From: Eledone cirrhosa
Lineage: Eukaryota
Direction of reading: 5' to 3'
DNA length: 64,000 nt
Assembly (NCBI GenBank): GCA_964016885.1
Contig: OZ024754.1
Location: forward strand, 43,772,001-43,836,000
Below the pieces are notes generated by a model. That model searched no databases, was not told the origin of the DNA, and was given only the letters and a program-made list of their open reading frames with translations. Below, in pieces: positions 58,444 to 64,000 of the stretch. Position 1 is the stretch's first letter; each line of letters begins with the position of its first letter. The translations under genes were made by a program, and so were the position numbers.

Positions 58444-60071
58444 ATTATCTTACATAATATCGAATCTACAAGATGTAGATATTATTAATTTTGAGAACAA
58501 TACCTTAACATCAGCATGAGTGGCTAGTTATGGCTGGTTTGAACAGAAAGAGGTGATAGAATTCTGGCCGGATATGGCCAGTTTAAATGCTAAAGGGTTG
58601 AATATCAACTTAGTAATGAAAATCTGAGTTATTTTATTGAATTCCTCTAAATATTTGATTAGCTTCAAAATTAACTTAAAGACACAGGTAAAGTATTTCA
58701 TTAGAAACACTAGAAAGGAAGGTTTAAGAGATTAAGCTAAGAGTAAAGTGATCAAATGAGACTATTTAAATCAGTGAGTCACCCACTATCTACACCAGTA
58801 ACTACAATTGATATTAAGAGAAGGGCAAGATGGATTATACCATAGGACTTGTTATAAAACCTTGGAGCTATTAAAAGACCTTGCTTTCTAGATAAAACAT
58901 GTTGAAACAAGTCAAGTAAACAGTAAATAATATATCAGGAGGAACATTATAGAAGTTTAGCAACAGATGTTGCCAGGTATGACATATATGTAATGTTACG
59001 AGTTACAGATGGAATCTTATTTAATGTTTTACTGTATCAGAGATTAAGGGAGATGCCAGATATAGTAATAAGGATTATCTCAAGATTTATGTTACATCTA
59101 ATTCCATCAATAAAGCCTCTCATCGGGGTCAAATTATAGATTAGCCCTTTTGATACCAACTCCCCCCCCCCCAAAAAAAAAACCCACCCCTATTTCTATC
59201 AAACAAAACCAGCCCCATTTTTCAAGGGTCGTTACTTTAATTAAACCCTTCCAATGTAATTTCATATAAAAACACTTTGATATGTTACATATAACATCTT
59301 AATGAAATTATGGTTTTAGTCAATACTTCCCATAATTCTTCATTAATTAATTAAAATACAAAGTATTTCATTAGAAATATGGTAGCAAAAGGGTTAAGCT
59401 GTAATGCTTTAACCCTTTAGCATTTAAACCTGCCATATAAGGCCAGAATTCTCTCAGTCTTTCTGTTAAAACCGGCCGTAACTGGCCGCTCATACTGATG
59501 TATATATACAAAGTACATATTTCAAAGAAAAATATCTACTCTAGATGGAAAAAATGAAATTCCTTATAGGGGTTACATATTTATACACATACATACACTT
59601 ACATCGGAAATAGTTATACTAGTTAACTACTGCTATAGTGTCAACACTAACCTGTTCTACAACAACAGACAATTGCCGCCCACCAATAAATAACTTCTAC
59701 AAGACAAGTCAGTGAGATATAGGACCACCACAAAAAAAATCCCAGAAAAACGTCAGCAAAATCTTGTCCATCTCTTTAATATAAAAACAATTTACAAATA
59801 AACTTTCAGTTTTAAAGAAAAGATATTAGATTTATTTTTTTTACTCTCAGGTCCCACATAATAGGTGGGCGGGAGAATAAATGCAGCAGGAAGGGGGATC
59901 GGTAATTTTTCTAGGTTACCTCCATAGGTTCTTTTAAAAACGAGAATTAGTTGTTTAGTTTCTATGTTAGATGTTGTTGTATACACTCAATACTAATGTA
60001 TTGAGTACCTTACTTACTGTGGTTACTCCCGATTGAACCCGGGATTCACACACACACATATCCAAATAAAG

Positions 60072-60138
60072 ATTCCTTCTGATGAATGATATGAGACGTT
60101 AGAATCGTCTGACTTCGTGAAACCTTGAGTAATGGAAT
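60072..60138 (+). ncRNA. Degenerate type I hammerhead motif (family F)
   Basis: attcctt-CTGATGA-atga..agacg/cgtct..tcgt-GAAA-ccttgag-TA-atggaat. The downstream tail resembles 6780-6847. Confidence 0.5.
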
Positions 60139-60246
60139 AATTATATTGTGTTGTTTGTTACATAATTAAATAGCTCTGTACTATACATAGAGCACTCTTC
60201 TTTCCTTTACCTTTTCTACGGAAATACTTATTATATATATATATAT

Positions 60247-60442
60247 ATAGGAAAAAGTATGACCCCGACGGCAGAGCTCAAGCCGTTTCGACGGCTATTT
60301 CTGGACTCAGAAATAGCCGTCGAAACGGCTTGAGCTCTGCCGTCGGGGTCATACGTTTTCCTATTTCCCACTCTACTACCCTAAGTATTGAGTACTCTGG
60401 TGCGTTATGGTCCATCTGGTTCCTTGCCACACTTCCTTTGTT
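60247..60442. mobile_element. Second family D fold-back element, inverted relative to 1-194
   Basis: Hairpin 60247-60364 (57-bp arms, 1 mismatch) plus tail; flanked by (TA)n on both sides. Fragments also at ~17275-17320, 31700-31800 and 43150-43240. Confidence 0.75.
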
Positions 60443-60922
60443 ATATATATATAGTCCTATACGAGCAAGACACTGTCACACGACCAATCTTGCCTCAAGT
60501 GGGACAACTCCCGTCTAACCCATATATATATACTATATCTTCGGCAAGTATTTCTGCCAATTGTGTCTTGATGTGCCACCAAAATGGTTTATATACAAGC
60601 CATATGTGACATCTTACATAGTTAATTAAATAACGACTAGCTTTCTTTCCCTCTTCCTCCACACTAATTAAACTCCATCGACGTGGGAGATTTCAGTTAG
60701 GTTTTTATACCCTATATAAATCACAAGAAATTATTGATTTCTTAAAGCTTTTCAACATTATTTTAGTTATTTTACTTCCTACCATTGTTTTGTCTACCAG
60801 TTTGTGTACCAACGAACACATACACATACACATATATATATATATATGTGTGTATGTACCAACGAACGTCTTCATATATATATATATATATATATATGCG
60901 TGTGTGTGTATGTGTGGAGAGA

Positions 60923-60993
<71 letters not shown>

Positions 60994-61098
60994 GCGTGTA
61001 TATATATATATGTGTGTGTGTGTATATATATGTGTGTGTATATATATATATATATGTGTGTATATATGTTTGTGTGTACATATATATGTGTGTGTGTG

Positions 61099-61129
<31 letters not shown>

Positions 61130-61306
61130 GTAGTAATCCTGCTGATGACGTGCTTAGGTAAAAATGAAGCTTAGATAAGTGAAAATTTAAACTAAAACCT
61201 GACCTTTTTTTAATTACTGAAAGGTATAAAATTCGTTTCGGTCTCAATATTCCTATTTTTGTATTTTGTTTTTACATGTACTTTTAAAATGTAAATTATA
61301 CGTGTG

Positions 61307-61341
<35 letters not shown>

Positions 61342-61547
61342 ATGTATGTATGTATGTATGTGTGTATGTGTGTGTGTGTGTGTGTGTCAGCATGGCCTCA
61401 GCCGGATGGCTGGAACAGACAGGTAAAAGAGTAAATATATATATTAATTGTTTCTATTTTTGGCACAAGGCCAGTAAATACCCAGTGCATTACTGGTACT
61501 TTATTTCATCGGTTTTGAGCTTCCTGGCTATTTATAAAACAAATCTG

Positions 61548-61613
61548 TATTTTATCTGATGAAAGCGCACCATAATTTGCCTTGGTTGCTCTTGAAATAT
61601 GTATAATAAAATA
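61548..61613 (+). ncRNA. Type I hammerhead motif (family B)
   Basis: tattttat-CTGATGA-aagcgcacca/tggttgctctt-GAAA-tatgta-TA-ataaaata. The tail to ~61750 matches 13545-13680 in reverse orientation. Confidence 0.78.
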
Positions 61614-61920
61614 AATATGGTTTTATAAATATAGTTTCCATTTATTAATATATTGTATATTTACTCCACTAAACTGCTGAGTGCTTTATATCAGTTATAA
61701 AAAAATGTTTAAGCTTGTTGAATCCCAATAAATTAAATATAACCTCTACATATATATATGTGTGTGTGTGTGTGTGTGTTTCATTCGAAGGAAATAATCA
61801 GGATTCGTAGAATCGATGACTGTGTGAGAGTATGTGGAAACTCACAACGTTGGTTAATTGATCATTCGGGGAAAAGAAGAAAATAGAAAAAACTTGTCGT
61901 TTAGTAAATGTGTCAAAGCT

Positions 61921-62265
61921 CCCTCTCTCTCTCTCTCTCTCTATCTATCTATTTATCTCAAGGTAAGCCTTCCCTCTCTCTATCTCTTTCTCTATCTATC
62001 TCAAGGTAAGCCTTCCCCCTCTCTCTCTCTATCTCTTTCTCTCTCTCTATCTATCTCAAGGTAAACCTTCCCTCTCTCTCTCTCTATCTATCTCAAGGTA
62101 AACCTTCCCTCTCTCTATCTTTCTCTCAAGGTAAACCTTCCTTCCCCCTCTCTCTCTCTCTATCTATCTATCTCAAGGTAAGCCACCCTCTCTCTCTCTA
62201 TCTATCTCAAGGTAAGCCACCCCCCCCTCTCTCTCTCTATCTATATATCTCAAAGTAAGCCACCC

Positions 62266-62312
<47 letters not shown>

Positions 62313-62333
62313 CAAGGTAAGCCACCCTCTCTC

Positions 62334-62368
<35 letters not shown>

Positions 62369-62384
62369 CAAGGTAAGCCACCCT

Positions 62385-62418
<34 letters not shown>

Positions 62419-62455
62419 CTATCTGAAGGTAAGCCACCCTCTCTCTCTCTCCCCC
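61921..62455. repeat. Compound repeat (CT)n/(CTAT)n + caaggtaagcc x~11
   Basis: Direct inspection. Confidence 0.88.
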
Positions 62456-63050
62456 TCTCCGTCTATAACAATAGCGTTTGTATCATTGTCGTTAAATAAG
62501 TACCAGTAATACACTGAGATTATTCAATTAGACATGTTAAATGTAGACTTGTTATAACAAAAACAATTAAAAATCTGTCTAATGAAAAGAAATACGGGTG
62601 AAGCGATGTGTGATGTGTGTGTAGATGTGTGAGTAGATGTGTGTGTAGATGTGTGTGTAGATGTGTGAGTAGATGTGTGTGTAGATGTGTGAGTATTTGT
62701 GTGTGTAGATGTGTGAGTAGATGTGTGTGTAGATGTGTGTGTAGATGTGTGTGTAGATGTGTGAGTATTTGTGTGTGTAGATGTGTGTGTAGATGTGTGA
62801 TTTGATGTATGTGTGTATGTAGATGTATGTATAGATGTGTGTGTGGATGTGTGATTTGATGTGTGTGTATGTAGATGTGTGTGTATGTAGATGTATGTAT
62901 AGATGTTGTCATTGGCTGCTATTTCTAGGCTTAGCTGCTAGAAATAGCAGCCAATGACAACTTAAAGCCCAACTTAAAAGCAGAAAGAAAAAAAAAGTTC
63001 AAATTGGATCATTATAGCCTGAGAACTATTGAGTATATAAATCTATATTA

Positions 63051-63119
63051 GGCCAGTTGGTGTAATCAGCTAGCACACTTATAGCCAAAGTAATGTGGGT
63101 TCGAATCCCACGTATGCTG
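63051..63119 (+). pseudogene. tRNA-like pseudogene or SINE head
   Basis: D-stem gtgt/gcac, perfect T-arm gtggg-ttcgaat-cccac, T8 run at 63127-63134. Acceptor and anticodon stems are defective. Confidence 0.55.
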
Positions 63120-63212
63120 ATGTCCATTTTTTTTACGTTCTGGTGGCTTTTATACCCCGATTGGTAGAGCGCCGGACACCACTGGAAGTGGTATCATATT
63201 TATGACACCTTT

Positions 63213-63432
63213 AGGGCGGTGGATTGGCAGTATCGGTAGAGCGTCAGACACCATGCTTTGCAGCATAGAGTTATGGCCATTTATGTTCTGAGTTCAGATC
63301 CCGCCGAGTTTAGCTTTCTTTGCCTTTCATCCTTACGAGGTCGGTAAAATAAAGTACCAGTAACGTACTGGGGTGGATTTATCGACTTTCCCCTTCAAAT
63401 TGCTGGCCTTGTTCCTATAGTAGAAACAATAC
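63213..63432 (+). mobile_element. Full-length tRNA-derived octopus-type SINE with 13-bp target-site duplication
   Basis: A-box-like tggcagtatcggtag and B-box-like gagttcagatcc. TSD ttatgacaccttt at 63200-63212 and 63433-63445. Confidence 0.88.
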
Positions 63433-64000
63433 TTATGACACCTTTGGAAGTGATATCATAAAATATCCGACATTTCAAAACAACAACTCCTCAAACAACA
63501 ACAAAGCTATTTATTTCTCCAGTTAAATAGCTGATATAGTTGTGACCAGCCATTAGCTGTCTGTAGAAGAAAATGTTTAGTCAGTACTGAAAAAAGGAAG
63601 CTACTGTAAGTAACATGTCACTACAGGTAATAACAGACATTTAGCTACAGGTGTGTACTAATTGTTTAGCTATAGAGATGTACTAATTAGTATTGTTTAG
63701 ACTTTGATTAAAACACAATAACTAGTTTAACCGACAAAAGTGAGTCACGTGTAAAATATTGATTTCTAACGTAGCTACAAGGACAGGATGTTTAGGGGAA
63801 GGGCAAAGTTGATTTATTCAATCCCCAGTACTTTACTGGTACTTTATCTTATCGACGATGGAAGGATGAAAGGTAAACATGACCCGTGACGTTTGAACTT
63901 AGAATCTAAAGAACCAGAACAAATGCTACAATGGTATTTTATCTAACAAGTAACATTTAGCTGCTATTTCTAACATAACATGCAGCCATATTAAAACCCC

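Noticed and set aside
62905-62961. 24-bp-arm hairpin
   Set aside because: Built from the common gctgctatttctag repeat motif seen elsewhere (e.g. ~24450, ~63960); no ribozyme core or other support.

Overview
AT-rich, microsatellite-saturated eukaryotic DNA, most likely octopus or another coleoid cephalopod (inferred from the abundant GGCGGTGGATTGGCAG...CTTTGCCTTTCATCC...GTACCAGT SINE family and the repeat landscape). Almost all ORFs in the supplied track are translations of simple repeats. One real gene is well supported: aftiphilin (AFTPH) on the minus strand, with 7 coding exons from 55990 to 34463, GT-AG introns with consistent phases, and about 991 aa. One intron carries two extra candidate exons that may be mutually exclusive with the conserved FDW exon. 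The most striking feature is about a dozen complete or near-complete type I hammerhead ribozyme motifs from several short non-coding families. They show stem covariation, are mostly embedded in (TA)n tracts, and are often arranged as long fold-back palindromes whose arms carry copy-specific mirrored substitutions, consistent with non-autonomous Penelope-like or retrozyme-type elements. The window also holds fragments of R4/Dong, CRE and RTE non-LTR retrotransposons, SINEs, TTAA-flanked piggyBac-like MITEs (two with tandemly amplified termini), many minisatellites, and a weak candidate plus-strand small gene near 1-8 kb. No database search was possible; family assignments rest on motif recognition.
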